A stretch of DNA of 64,000 nt, from assembly GCA_031386685.1 (NCBI GenBank), contig JANNCQ010000067.1, positions 71 to 64,070 of the forward strand, written 5' to 3'. The DNA comes from Candidatus Altimarinota bacterium (GTDB taxonomy: Bacteria > Patescibacteriota > Gracilibacteria > BD1-5 > UBA2023). This document shows positions 13,643 through 25,538 of the stretch, one piece after another. Below the pieces are notes generated by a model that was given only the letters and a program-made list of their open reading frames with translations, did not search any database and was not told where the DNA came from. A program made the translations under genes and the position numbers. The stretch's first letter is position 1; every line of letters begins with the position of its first letter.

Positions 13643-13685
13643 ATAGATTTCTTTCATATGATAAAATTATATGAAAGAAATCTAT
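13643..13685 (-). promoter_or_regulatory. 17-bp perfect inverted repeat inside the cluster (attenuator, terminator or processing hairpin)
   Basis: ATAGATTTCTTTCATAT, a 9-nt loop, then ATATGAAAGAAATCTAT. It sits in the only long (286 bp) spacer of the operon. Confidence 0.5.
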
Positions 13686-13881
13686 TAATGGCAAATAAAA
13701 AAAATTGAATTAGAAGTTCTTCTCGTTTAGATCGTTAATATTTCTGAATATCCCGAAAGTTTATTGAGAGGTATTATTTCAAATTAAATATTCTAAAAAT
13801 ATATAATTATCCTGAGGATATAGTCGGATGAAAAACATTTACTGTGATAATTTTATGGTACTTATACGCTTCTTATTATAG

Positions 13882-14595
13882 TTACACCTTCTGTATAAGT
13901 TCAGGAAATCTGTGGCTAATCATTTTTAGGAAGTTATAGTAGTTTTTTCTCACTCTACGATGCATATCGTCATCTCGTATTGATAGGAGTAAGTATTTAT
14001 AAGTAGAGTCAAAATTAAATACAACTTGTTCTCCATATATTGTAAGGCCTTCTAAATTAAAGTTGGCATTCTCGATACTATTTGATATGCAGGAATATTG
14101 TAAGAAATTACTAATATTAAATTGTAATTTTAAGTCTTTCCAATTGAAATATACTAGGTCTTGACTGAGCAATAATCCTATAGCATGCTGTAATATGTTT
14201 ATGAAATCTGATTGAGTATAGGCTGATACCTCTATGCTATCAATTTTTTGTAACTTTTTAGTCTCTAGCGGTAGAAAAATCTCATCAATAAAGAAAATCG
14301 TCTTTGGACGATCTCTGAGTAACTCAAGTAAATCAAAATTATAGGTAACTGGTTTTTCTATAATCAAATATCCCTGGTAATTAGATTTTAGTATTCGTTT
14401 TATAACTTGAGTTTGTTCAGAAATAGGAGAAATAGCGGAAATAATAATTTCATATCTATTGGGTAAAAAATTATCTATTTTATCTGTACTCTCCCTCCCT
14501 GTTCTCGTAAATATATCAGGATTATGATTTATGTACCTCCAAAATTGCACATGCTTTTTTCACTGTGCTCAGAATCAAATTACTGCGATTTTCAT
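13882..14595 (-). CDS. NAD(P)-binding Rossmann oxidoreductase (Gfo/Idh/MocA-like N-domain)
   Basis: N-terminus MKIAVI-G-F-G-AQ-G-KKH is a GxGxxG motif with all three Gly encoded by TGA (14575-77, 14569-71, 14560-62). An IIEKPVT motif follows. 237 aa. Confidence 0.7.
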
Positions 14596-14601
14596 ATTTC
14601 A

Positions 14602-16059
14602 CTATAGTGAGAAGTAGATAAAGTCTTTTAAGAATGCTTTATTGGATCGATCATTTTTAGGAAGATGAATACAGATATCAGAATTCCTCGGTAATGAAAT
14701 AACTTCATCTATTTTCCATAGGTGAGTAGGATATATTAAAACATCCAAGTGAATACGAAATTGAAATTGTGTTCATAGATTGTACTTAAGTATGGTATCT
14801 ATTAATTGGGATGTACTGCCTTTATCTTTTGCTAAAATTTGTATATTCATTCCTGCAAATTTTTTATAGTCTATATTAGAGACATAGTTATTAAATATCA
14901 GCGATACCCATGCATATCATAAACTACGAATATGTAAGAGAATGTCTTCGAGGGATTCACTCAATCATTCCACAAGGACAAAAAATTGTCTTTTTCCACC
15001 ACTATATTCACGACTTATTTGATCCTGATTATCTGAAAAGCTAGTATCTCATTGTACCAATTTATACGTATATGGTTTTAATTTTTGAAAATTTTCAAAT
15101 TCTTTCCAAACTCCGCTACATACTCGCTTAGCTGGACACAGATTGCACGACAAAGGGTGCACTTTATTATCATCATTTATTGCCTGTATAAGAGTCTGCT
15201 CTTGGTTTTTAGAAAATAAATTTTTATTATGCATATACTCCATACTGCTTCCCCACTCATTCAAATAGCATAATGGAAGTCAAACAAGGTGTGAATGTAC
15301 TTTCTTTCCATGGGATTTTAGGAATGCAATCACTTTATTATATATATATTCTATCTCACTATACTGCCCGACTAAATTACCAAAATTCTCCTGTGCCATA
15401 CCATGCGGTTGGACATAACCTATATTATATAAAGAAACACTTGGATATTTCTGCATGAGATATTGAACATGGTCAAAATAATGATCTTTATTTAAGTTAT
15501 TCAGCACGATATTAAATGTAACTGAAACTCCTGCATGAATAAGGGACCGAACTCCTATGTCAAACCTAGGTCACATAACGAGATAATCTACACCAATTAT
15601 TTTCTGAAATATTTCTGGATCATGAGCGTGAGAAGAGATAAGTGCTTGTTGAACTCATAATTTTGCTAATTTTGAGGCAAATACTTCATCAATATTTGAA
15701 GCATTTGATTGTAAATCAAATGTTACCTTGATGTCTCTCTTTCTAAAAAATTCAGTAAAATATTTTAAACTAAATATAGTTTCTTTTTGAAATATACTCG
15801 GCTCTCAACCTGAAATAGTAACATTTATATGGTCACCAATAAATTTTGAATACTTTATCTTGTAAAAAGTTATTGCAAGTATTTCTCGAATAGAGGATTT
15901 CATGCTTAAGACTGACTCATTCTCTGCAACATTACAAAATATGCAACGAAAGTTACATCATTTTCAGACTCTGATGATAAGCTGATCTGAAGACTCTAAA
16001 TTATCTTGTTGATTCTTTCAAGAAAAATTAGTACGGTATTTTATATTTCTTTTTGCCAT
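14602..16059 (-). CDS. radical SAM protein 5 (candidate HxsC-like partner maturase) with an uncharacterised ~150 aa C-terminal extension
   Basis: CNFRCIFC, TISG-G-EPSIF, and C-terminal HPLSCNLCPAKRVCSGVW. 485 aa. Merges track ORFs 15280..15507 and 15049..15264. Confidence 0.75.
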
Positions 16060-16069
16060 CTTAAAAGTA

Positions 16070-16738
16070 TCACTTTACAAATGTGGAGCATTCGATAGAG
16101 CTCTTCTTTTCGTAAGCGTCAGAAACTGCGAGTATAAGATTATACAGATAATTATAAAACTTCGATTTTCCTGCATGGTTTTCCAAAAGTTTACTTACTT
16201 TCTGCAAATACTCAATAAATGAAATATTCCCGCTATGAAAACTATTAAGTGCATCATTCATAAGTTTGAAATCCCCTGTTTGATTTCCTTGAGAATCATA
16301 GGCGAGCAGGATAGACTTATTATCAGCCATAAGTCTTCGTAATTCGACCTCAGGAGAAGACGAGCTCAGTCACTTTTGAAATAATTCACAAATATACATC
16401 ATAGGGATAAATGTATCTATTCATTGATAATCATATATTTCCTTCCCACTCCCCGATTTTATATATTTCTCAATTATACTGTACTGCGACTTATAATTTT
16501 TATATGAAGCATCATAGTCATTCCCCATCTTTATGGCATCAAAATCTCATCTTCAAAATTTATTACCCATATCTTCCTCCCGCCTTCATGATAAAGTAAG
16601 ATTAGGATTATTAGAAGAGTCATCTTTTTTCAAATCTTCTAGCACCTTTTTCTGGTTTTGAAGATAAAATCAATAGTATACAAACAAAAGGCATACAAAA
16701 ACCAGTAAGAAAACTATTGAAGTAGATTTATTATTCAT
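16070..16738 (-). CDS. membrane-anchored hypothetical protein
   Basis: N-terminal transmembrane segment MNNKSTSIVFLLVFVCLLFVYY. 222 aa. Starts 6 bp after the HxsA stop. Contains track ORF 16070..16330. Confidence 0.55.
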
Positions 16739-16744
16739 AATATT

Positions 16745-17530
16745 TTAGTAAGCAGCATGACTTCCATGACTTCCATGACTTCCATGTGTCTGATTTCCAT
16801 GACCTATAGCAGACGGAGAAACAGGATTTAAATACGATACAGGAGGACTATAGTTCAGATGTCAATTCCTAGAATCATCGAGAGGTGCTGCTCCTAAATT
16901 CTGATATACAGTTCATGCATTTGCATGACAACTTTGATCTATTGTAGATATGAGTTCGGTTCAAGGCCATGGCGAGGTAGGAGTTCATGCTGTAGTATCA
17001 ACCCCTGGAACCACACAATTTGCAGAAACTGCATAGCCACTTACTAGACCATAATCATCAGCAGCATTCACATGCCTTACAGTTCATACATCACTTACTC
17101 AAACATCTGCAGTTACGAATCGGCCATTAAGTGCTTGATTGACATGATTTGCCGTAGCTGTACCAGCAACATAGTATGTGGGACTATTCCCATGGCCTCA
17201 GCCACTCACTGGATCACACACCCAGGTCCATGGATCATCCCAATAACAGTTTTCTACATAGTTATTGTTCCCATGTCCAATTTGAGCAACTCCTGGCGTA
17301 TTGGTTCAAGATATCCAAGCATTTGCATCACTCGTAGGAAGTATATTTGCAATTCCCATAGTCATCATAGTGATTTTGAGTATATCCTCCTTAGTGATCT
17401 TACCACTCTCGTCAGAAAGAAAACCTTGTAATTTTTTTCTGAATTTATGTATGATTTTTTTCTTTTTTTCTTGCATGATTGACGAAAATATTGAAAATAT
17501 TTCAGTAGCCACTATACTCCATTTTCTCAT
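16745..17530 (-). CDS. hxsA: His-Xaa-Ser repeat protein (HxsA-like putative radical SAM substrate)
   Basis: The C-terminus reads IGHGNQTHGSHGSHGSHAAY-stop (plus-strand CATGACTTC repeats at 16757-16790). Two more GHGN motifs lie upstream. There are eight in-frame TGA codons. The true start may be the internal MQEKKKK. Confidence 0.75.
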
Positions 17531-17551
17531 AAATCCAACTTTTTTATACTC

Positions 17552-19012
17552 TTATCTTTTAAACCAGGAACGAAATATCTTTTCATTCTCAGGGTCTTCT
17601 AATTTTTCGAAGATATAGTCGAGCATTGATATTTGGATACGAGTTTTATCATCTTTTGAAAAATTCGAAAACACATTTCCATGCTGAGTAAAAGCATAGA
17701 TAATATCTACTCCCATGTAGGGCTTATACACATGATCAGTATAGCCTGGAAGTCCATCGAGTGTCGATGATATCACCGCTATCTTCGTGACATCACTATT
17801 CGCCATAGCTTTATAAGTCTCCTTTCCTGTTTCGAGCATTGGCGTAAGGAGAAAATCTTCTATACCCATTCGACCAAGCATTCGAGATTCATCACTTGCA
17901 TAAACTTTCCCATCATAATTATAGGCAACTCCTCCTATAGCGATTCATGATGGCGACCGAATATCCATAAATGAACTATCTGTATTGAAAAATAATTTGT
18001 TAAGATATACGAGAGTGAGCATCTCTCGAAGGATAATTCATTCTCTATTCTTCTCGAGAATATAGTCCATAGCATTCTTATAAAATTCGAAGTATTCATC
18101 CAGTGAATATTCAAGTGTCTCTCTTTCTGCTGCAGCAAATCCGTAAGGATTGAGCCATCTGAGTCAGATAGTAGGAAATCCAAGTTCTACATATGTATCT
18201 ATAATATTCTTATAGTTCTTAAGTCCTGGCTTTGTCCACGTAGCGAGAGTCCCTGTTTTGTATCAAGTTTTTCACCGTTTCTCATTCTCTTCGTTAATGC
18301 GTTTAATCCAGTGCGTTACTCTTTCATAACTATCCCCTTCTTTCCATGTTCTTTGCCAATTATGAGTCTCCTTATCTCCATCAAGTGAAGTACAAATTTC
18401 TACTCAATGATCAAGAAGCCATACGAGCTTATCTTCAGTCATGAGGGTAAGATTCGTCACTATCGTGAAAGAGAGAACTTTTCGGAACAAATTAGCCTTC
18501 ATGCGAGCATATTCAACGATGAATTGAACAACTTCCCAATTCACAAGAGACTCTCATCACTGAAATTCGATCGTCAAGGCCGGGGCTGAGGTATAAAATA
18601 TAGTATCTACAACTTTTCTCGCTACATCTTGTGTCATATCAAGATTCTTAGCAGACATAGGAGCTACTGCAGCATGACAGTACTTACACTTATGATTACA
18701 TCTCAGTGTCGTGACGATCATATGAAGGCTTGGACCATAGGCAAGGAACTTATTTTTTTTATTATATGAAATTATAGCTCTATCTTGATACTTTTCATTT
18801 TTTATAAAAAGTTTCTTATTCAGCTCATCATATTTCGGATTTCCGACTCCTATATTTCCTGCGAGATAATCCTCGAATTCAGCGAAATCAAGAAATGTAT
18901 AATATCCAAATTCATTGGTAATAAGATACTTTCCATTTTTCATCTTTTTATAATAAAAAGGTGCGACTGTGGTCGCTGAAAAATTCTTTATTGAGGAAAG
19001 TGTTATGCTCAT
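17552..19012 (-). CDS. hxsB: His-Xaa-Ser system radical SAM maturase HxsB-like
   Basis: 486 aa with CNHKCKYC, TIEFQ-G-G-ESL (GGE, both Gly are TGA), and an anaerobic-sulfatase-maturase-like middle region. Merges track ORFs 18557..19012 and 17552..17881. Confidence 0.85.
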
Positions 19013-19224
19013 GCTATAATTTCAGAATAAATAGAAAGTGCACAATTCATAAACTCATCAAATACAAATTGGGGATTCTCATCATCGATAGAAAGAGTAT
19101 TTCTATCGATGGTAATATCGTATCCCTCAAAATACTCCTGTGTTTGTAGAAGAAGTTCAAGAGAGTAGATACTATTGTTTATGTTGAAAGTTTTTTTTGA
19201 CATTTTTAAGTTTACTCGGATCAA
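19009..19224 (-). CDS. hxsD: small HxsD-like protein
   Basis: About 65-71 aa. It has a 4-nt ATGA overlap with hxsB. Position and size match the small accessory protein of Hxs operons. The start may be MSKKTF at 19203. Confidence 0.5.
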   Translation of the reverse strand: MIRVNLKMSKKTFNINNSIYSLELLLQTQEYFEGYDITIDRNTLSIDDENPQFVFDEFMNCALSIYSEIIA

Positions 19225-19747
19225 TTTTAGGTTTGGATTGGGATAATTCCGATTGTGTTTCCATTTCTATTTCAGCAAGGATACGACTGATCTCTGCTTC
19301 ATCTATTTTAAGGTCAGGATCATTCTCAATTTCTTTTAATATCTCATCGATATCTTTATCAAAATCTATCTGTGTATTTTTGGGTTCTACTGGGATCGTA
19401 GTAAAGTTCGGAAGATCAGCGTATGATCCAAGAGCACGGCGTACTATAGTTTCACGGATTGTCTTATTTTCTATCTCTATTTTATCTCTTAGGAGTGTAG
19501 CGAGAAGCTCATCGCTATACTCAAGTGCGAATACTTCAGCACTCCAGCGTTCTCATTCTTTCGGGTGTATTTGTACTATGAAATTTTCTCCCTCCTTTTG
19601 GAAAAAAAAATAGGCACGATCGAGGAACATATATGCAGCTTTCAAAATAATATTTTGTGGAAAAATTGATCCATCTACGAGAAGCTCAAGGCGATTATTT
19701 TGCGAATTTTGTGAGAGAAATGAATGCATAGGAAAAATATAACGCAC
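19172..19747 (-). CDS. HxsD-like protein with acidic C-terminal extension
   Basis: 191 aa. The segment EYSDELLATLLRDKIEIENKTIRETIVRRAL resembles the LLNDYxLRE-type signature of HxsD. It is the first gene of the cluster and its 3' end overlaps the next gene. Confidence 0.5.
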
Positions 19748-19831
19748 CCATAATACATAAATTCGAAAAAAAAGAAATCAAAAGAAAAAGAAAATTCTCG
19801 ACATCAATAGTTTTTTTATCATAATGGGCGG

Positions 19832-20851
19832 ATGCACCTTCTTATCGACGTTCGTACTTCTTGCCTTTCGGATATACCGAATCTCTACTATGCTCAGATG
19901 TGGGCAGATATATGGCTTTCCTACCACAGAAATGACCGGATCACTTTTCTTGCTTTTGAGGGTGATCCTGTGGAAGGATATGAGTGTATCTTTCTCTCAA
20001 GAAATTGGGTACTACTTCAAAAAAAACTTGCTTCACATAACTATGGGCCTGATCGCATCGTCTCATTCTCGAAATTTCCTCCTATCGATCGATGAATTCC
20101 CTCTCTTCTTCATGTAGATGAGCTGACACATAAGCTCTATCCACATACTCAAGAATGATTCTTCACACGCTACAGGAGTGAATCACAGTATAAAAAAAAT
20201 CTGAAATTTTCGAGCCATATCATTACCCCCAATGTGGCTATCAGAGAAACTCTCTGAGAACTCTATGGTGTAAATGAATCAAAAATCACTCTACTTCCCT
20301 ACTTAAGTGCTTGAGACAAGAAAAAACATAGAGATCAGTCTATACTTCCCCATGGTATATCTGGAGAGTATTTTATCACCGAGTGAACTCCCTGAGATGA
20401 GTGGAATCCACGAGGTCTCCTGGAGGCATTTCAGAGATATATTCATGAAAAAAATGGAAATAGGCAGCTGATCATCATCTGAGATCTGTGAATAAATCTT
20501 AGTAACCTCTCTCTCCTCATACGATCTCATGGACTTATAGAAAAAGTAAAAATCCTCTCAGTCATATCACAAGAAGAGAGATCTCTCCTGTATGCTCACG
20601 CAAAGTGATGGATTTATATATGATACTACTATAGTCGGTGATCGTCAGTAGAGCTTGCAAGTTCATATGATATACCCCTCTATCTTTCAGATATATCCTG
20701 ACTCATATGATATAATGGGGTATATATTCATCCAAATCATGTCGATACACTCGCTGATATACTCTCAAATTCGCATATGGATGGCATTTCTCATCCAAAA
20801 AATGATAATCAAGAAATCATGCGAGTCTATGCACGAATCATCAGTGAGTAA
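19832..20851 (+). CDS. GT-B fold glycosyltransferase (GT1/GT4-like)
   Basis: 339 aa with TGA read through. Carries LIII-G-DL-G and G-WIYI-G-YYYSR-G-SSVELASSYDIP, typical of group 1 glycosyltransferases. Divergent from the rSAM cluster. Confidence 0.7.
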
Positions 20852-20970
20852 AACTTGCAAAAAAGATGATCCTAGATAGGATGGAAGGAGATAAAAACTC
20901 TCTGATGTAATAAAAAAATGAATTACTTTTTGCTAATTATAGAATAATCTACCCATTAATATTCAATCCT

Positions 20971-21435
20971 ATGTCCAAACTCTTCGGCGTCAGTAAGACA
21001 TCACAGTGAATCTCTGAAACACATACTACTCATCATGATTCTCATGATCATGACACACACGATGTGATAGAGGTAGATATGCATGATTCTCATGATCATG
21101 AGATCGATGTAGGACAGATAGCACTCGATGTTCTCGATCTTGCAGAAGAGATCATCATAGTCGCCCCAGTAGCAGGAGTCGATCCAAGTGAGATCGATAT
21201 AGCTCTCTCACGCAATATTCTCACTATATCCTGAGAACGGACACATCAGCCGATTTATCTCGATGCGAAAAGAATGCTCGTAGAAGAATGCTACTACTGA
21301 CCATTTTCTCGGTCAATCATCCTTCCTGAGAACCTCGCTTTTAATAAAATCAAAGCGACCGTCGATAATAATACGATCATGATACATATACCAAAAATTA
21401 GCTTTTTCTCAAAAAGCATAAAAATCGATCAATAG
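20971..21435 (+). CDS. Hsp20/alpha-crystallin small heat shock protein with a His/Asp-rich N-terminus
   Basis: LTIS-G-ERTHQ..EECYY-G-PFSRSIILPENL..ATVDNNTIMIHIPK matches the alpha-crystallin domain. 154 aa. Confidence 0.85.
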
Positions 21436-21489
21436 CCACTCTATTGAGAATTTCCGCAATAATTTTACTGTTCTTCTCCTGTTATCACT

Positions 21490-21744
21490 ATGTTCTCCGA
21501 TAAAAAATCACATCCCGAAGAAGGAGTCGCAAAAAAAAGTGTAAAAAAAATGGATACTCTTGTTACTGGTATGATTCTCTGAGGTATTATTGCGTCTATA
21601 TATGGAGTCAAAAAGTTTACAGAAAAACATGAGCATGATGATGGTACTCATATGCTTCCAAAAAATACTGAATATACCGACGATAACAACCACCCCATTA
21701 AAAAAAGAGGAATTCTTTCTCGGATATTTTTTGGTAACAAATAA
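21490..21744 (+). CDS. small membrane protein
   Basis: 84 aa with one transmembrane segment (LVTGMIL-G-GIIASIY). Starts 55 bp after the Hsp20 gene. Confidence 0.4.
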
Positions 21745-21746
21745 CT

Positions 21747-22448
21747 ATGTATCGATATTTATTGCTCTGCATCTGTGTAATTTTGTGCATAGACTGAGGG
21801 AGTGTATACTCTGCATCTCCCATTTATAGACCCAGCATGAAGGAGGTAGAAGATGCTGCGAAACCATGTCTTCCTGGATGAAATGGTATAGCGATACATG
21901 ATAAATATAGCTGTCCCATAGGAGACTTCTCGGCTGGTAACGGTATATGAGTTTCGAAAGAGAGGATAGAATGTTCGATACAGATAGCTCTGAGCCTAGA
22001 AGCAATAGATAAAAAATCTGCCCTTTGGGCAAAACAACTTCAAACTTCAAGAGAAAAAGATGTCAACAAATGGATCGATGCTATACAAGTGCAAACAAAA
22101 ACAGCAGATGATAGTTTCAGTAAGCAGTATAGTGAAATATGTAGTCTTACTGGATGGACGATCAGTGAAGATGGAAAATGACTCGGGTGTGCCAAGACCA
22201 CAGACTTTTTTCCTGAGACTGCCTGCATGAATATAGTAAATCAAAGAGTAGCTGCACTCCAAAATATGTGATATATCCTCGCGAGCAAAGGAATAGCAAA
22301 AAGTTTTCAGAATGATAAAGATAAAAATCTCGATAAGATAAAAAGTGCTTATGATCTTATTTGAGATAAGTGGAGCCACTATAAACGTATCATGAGTAAT
22401 GCTGTCTCTAAATTCACCGCCTATATCAAAGAAGCGGTAAAATGATAG
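21747..22448 (+). CDS. secreted or lipoprotein-like hypothetical protein
   Basis: 233 aa open with TGA=Gly. N-terminal MYRYLLLCICVILCID. The minus-strand track ORFs here are in mutually inconsistent frames. Confidence 0.55.
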
Positions 22449-22451
22449 TCC

Positions 22452-22877
22452 TTAGAGATATTCTCGCATATTGAGAAATATATACTTCCACTTCTCTGGA
22501 TTCGACATATTTTTCGTCGGAGATGCTTCTTGTTTTTGTACCGTCGTGATAACTGCATTCACATCAATATTTTCATTAGCTCGAATATTTGCTTCATCGA
22601 CGATATTGGTCACTTCTTCTCAGGGAAGTTTTTTATTTTGAGTCGCTTTTGCTACAAAGCTCTGATATGCAGGAGTACGTATATACGCCGTAAGTTCGAT
22701 TTTATGGTCATTCCTATCACTAATTTGCCGGTTGATTGCTTCTAAGGTATCGACATAAGCATTCGTCTGATACTGCTGGAATTCATAATATCCAATGAGA
22801 TACACCTCATAGATAAGAAAGAAAATAAGGCCAACCAGGATGTATCGAAAGTGGCTTGCCATAGAAGGAGCTTGCAA
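22452..22877 (-). CDS. FtsB/DivIC-like septation protein
   Basis: A single N-terminal transmembrane segment followed by a coiled-coil-like stretch. 141 aa. Confidence 0.45.
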
Positions 22878-22939
22878 AGGTAAAATCTTTTCTTACAATA
22901 TCCAAAAATACAATTTATTCCACTCTATTTATCAAGATT

Positions 22940-24097
22940 ATGAATATTCGATTTTTCCTCCTTCTGCTTGTTGTTTCATGTATTACCATTATTGGGCTCT
23001 TCTCATGGACTGCATATGGATATTACCAGACAATCCATATGGATGATCCGATCGAGCCGACACTCTCTATAGAGTTAGGATATGGAAAAATCATACGTGG
23101 AGATATTGCTATAGATCTCTCCCTCGGCGAGTCATACACACTCAAAAATGCCGATACCATAGAAACGGGTGAAAATAGCGTGGGGATAGTCAAATGGCCT
23201 GATGGAAGCATCACTCGACTCGGAAGTATCACTCGAATCGTCATACAAAAGATGTATGTAAGTCAAGATTATTCGAGCATACAGATCGGATACGATATAC
23301 AGCGTGGGAAGGCGTGGAATACTGTCATACGATTGCTTGTGGGAGATTCCTACTTCGAAGCTCGTCTCCCAAAAGATAATATCATCGCAGGAGTGCGAGG
23401 TACTGTTTTTGAAGTGAATCTCGATCGTCAGTATATTCAGGCTATAGAACATGCCACATATCTCACCGATAGATCAGGAAAGTCTCTTGATCTCTTTCCA
23501 TGAGAACTCGTAAGTAGTGAGAATATATGGCTGCGTAAAGGCCGTGAATGGGTAGATACAACCTGGAATGACTGGAACACTCTATCAGACAAAACCTACG
23601 AACAGATTCGCTCCATCCGTATAGAGAAGTATCTGGATGCTCTCAGAGAAAAGACTCATTCTTATTTCTCCCTCGGTGAACTCACTAAAAAAATACTCTC
23701 ATATTTCCCTGGTTTTGAGTCTATCAGAATCACTGAGTACCTCGGATCTGGCAATACTGGAAGTCTCGCAAAAGTCAGCGAAAAAACATTGCTCGAATAC
23801 TACCAAAAAATCTCTGGGATTGCATCACCTGAGTACCGCGACATAATCCGTACGACCATCATATCAAATATAAATGAAAGTAGTACATCAAAAGAGCTCA
23901 AAAATCTCTTAGAACAATCGAGTCTCTGGGAAAGTATCGATGCGGGGAATATCCTTCCTTGAGCTGAAAAGTTCCTCAAGGAAAGAGGAATTGATACAAC
24001 TGAATTCTCGAAAAAATTCAAAGATGGTATGAAAAATGATACAAAAAAAATCTTCGAAACTTTCTCTGGAAGCCTCGGATGATTCATTCAATTCTAG
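22940..24097 (+). CDS. FecR-domain membrane-anchored protein
   Basis: Signal anchor MNIRFFLLLLVVSCITIIGL, then a FecR-like beta region (GIVKWPDGSITRLG..VRGTVFEVN). 385 aa. Confidence 0.6.
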
Positions 24098-25476
24098 GAG
24101 AAAATCGAGAGGCATACTATTGTAATGATCCCAAGTACGATGGAAACTCAGAAGCCTATGAGAACCTTTTTTCCATATTCTTTCTCACCAAATCTATAAG
24201 CAATAGAAGCCTTGACGGTATTATTCGACATGACTGCAATAAGGATAGTCGTAGCAGCAGCAAAAAGAGGTATCGAGCCATCTTTTGCTCACTCTGACAT
24301 AGTAAAATTCACTGCATCTACATCAGCAAATCAAGAAACAAGTCCAATGGCATAATTAATAAATAAAATAAAACGTTCTTTGTATTCTGGTGATATCAAA
24401 TTTTGTGAAGCTACTCAGGCTGCTGAAAGAAATTTGATGACTAGAATAAGTCCGGCAAATTGAAGAGCTGGAAGCAGTTGAAATGGGCTCTCATACGTTC
24501 ATCTTTTTTCTGCTTCTTCTACTGGGACTTTTTCACCTCTAGTTCATATAAAGTAGTAAGTCATCATTCCTGTAAGACCCAGAAACATGACACCTCCAGG
24601 TATCAAAATGGATCCAAGAATATTTGGATATATATATCCAGCTACTAGCACTACTCGTATAAACATAATACATGAAGCAAGGAGAGTAGCTACGACATAA
24701 GAGTTTCTATGCGCTGGATGTTCTTTGCTCTTACGTGTCAAGGCAACAGTAGTGGCTGTAGAAGAGATAAGACCACCGACAGCACCCGAAGCGAGGATTC
24801 AGCCTTTATCTCCGAGTGCTTTTCCAAGGAGAAAGCCAGTATATTCAACTCCTGCCATCACTACGACGAACATCCAGATACTGTATGGATTGAAAAATTT
24901 TGCTAGTAAAATAGGGTGTGTCCAGTCGAAACCGCCTGATGCAAACCAGTTAATGATATCTAGAATGGAGTACTTCATATCAGGGAGAAGTGGAAGTATG
25001 ACAAGAGCGATGACTCAAAACTTGAGAGAATCTCAAAACTCTTGACGCGATAGACGACTCTTAAGTCTTGCAAAATAATCTTTAGCTGAAAGAAGGAGAA
25101 GGAGAAGTATGGCAAAAATAACAGCTGTTGCATATTCAGAAAGCATTGCTATAATTCCTATAAAATACGTGATAAGTCCGGCATATTCACTCGTAGCACC
25201 CATCTTATCACGATGAAATGATGCATACATATAGGATCCTAGTATAAATACTGCAGATATGATTGCTCCTAGGAGAATCCAAATTTTGGTATTAAAATAA
25301 CTATCAAGCCATGTACACAAAGCTCAGAAAAACGCTATAGAAGCATAGGTACGTATACCACCGAATCATGTAGCTCATCCGATTTTTGATCCAGCCCAAG
25401 GAAGTTCACGCTCAGTGCCAATAAGTCATCAAAGAGCAATAGCAAGTACCACTCCTATGAAAATAGATGCGTCCAT
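24094..25476 (-). CDS. MgtC/SapB family membrane protein with DUF4010-type C-terminal half
   Basis: G-G-LIGTERE and G-ATGFGGIRTY motifs. Polytopic, 460 aa. Merges track ORFs 25033..25320 and 24544..24741. Confidence 0.75.
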
Positions 25477-25538
25477 AAAAATTATATAAAAAATAAATTT
25501 TATTTATATTACCATACTGTGCTCAATTATACAAATTT

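Noticed and set aside
13596-13881. Small ORFs in the long internal spacer as extra precursor peptides (for example minus-strand MFFIRLYPQDNYIFLEYLI-G-NNTSQ and plus-strand MANKKN-G-IRSSSRLDR)
   Set aside because: They are very short, have no leader or core features and no Cys/His/Ser-rich core. One is on the wrong strand, so they cannot be supported from sequence alone.
20971-21435. The His-rich Hsp20 N-terminus as a second His-Xaa-Ser substrate
   Set aside because: The repeat is H-D-S-H-D-H within a bona fide alpha-crystallin protein on the opposite strand, outside the operon. It is not a C-terminal H-x-S array.
21745-22379. Two minus-strand track ORFs (21745..22050 and 22047..22379)
   Set aside because: They are in different frames and cannot be joined. 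The plus strand gives a single clean 233-aa secreted protein (21747..22448) with TGA read through.
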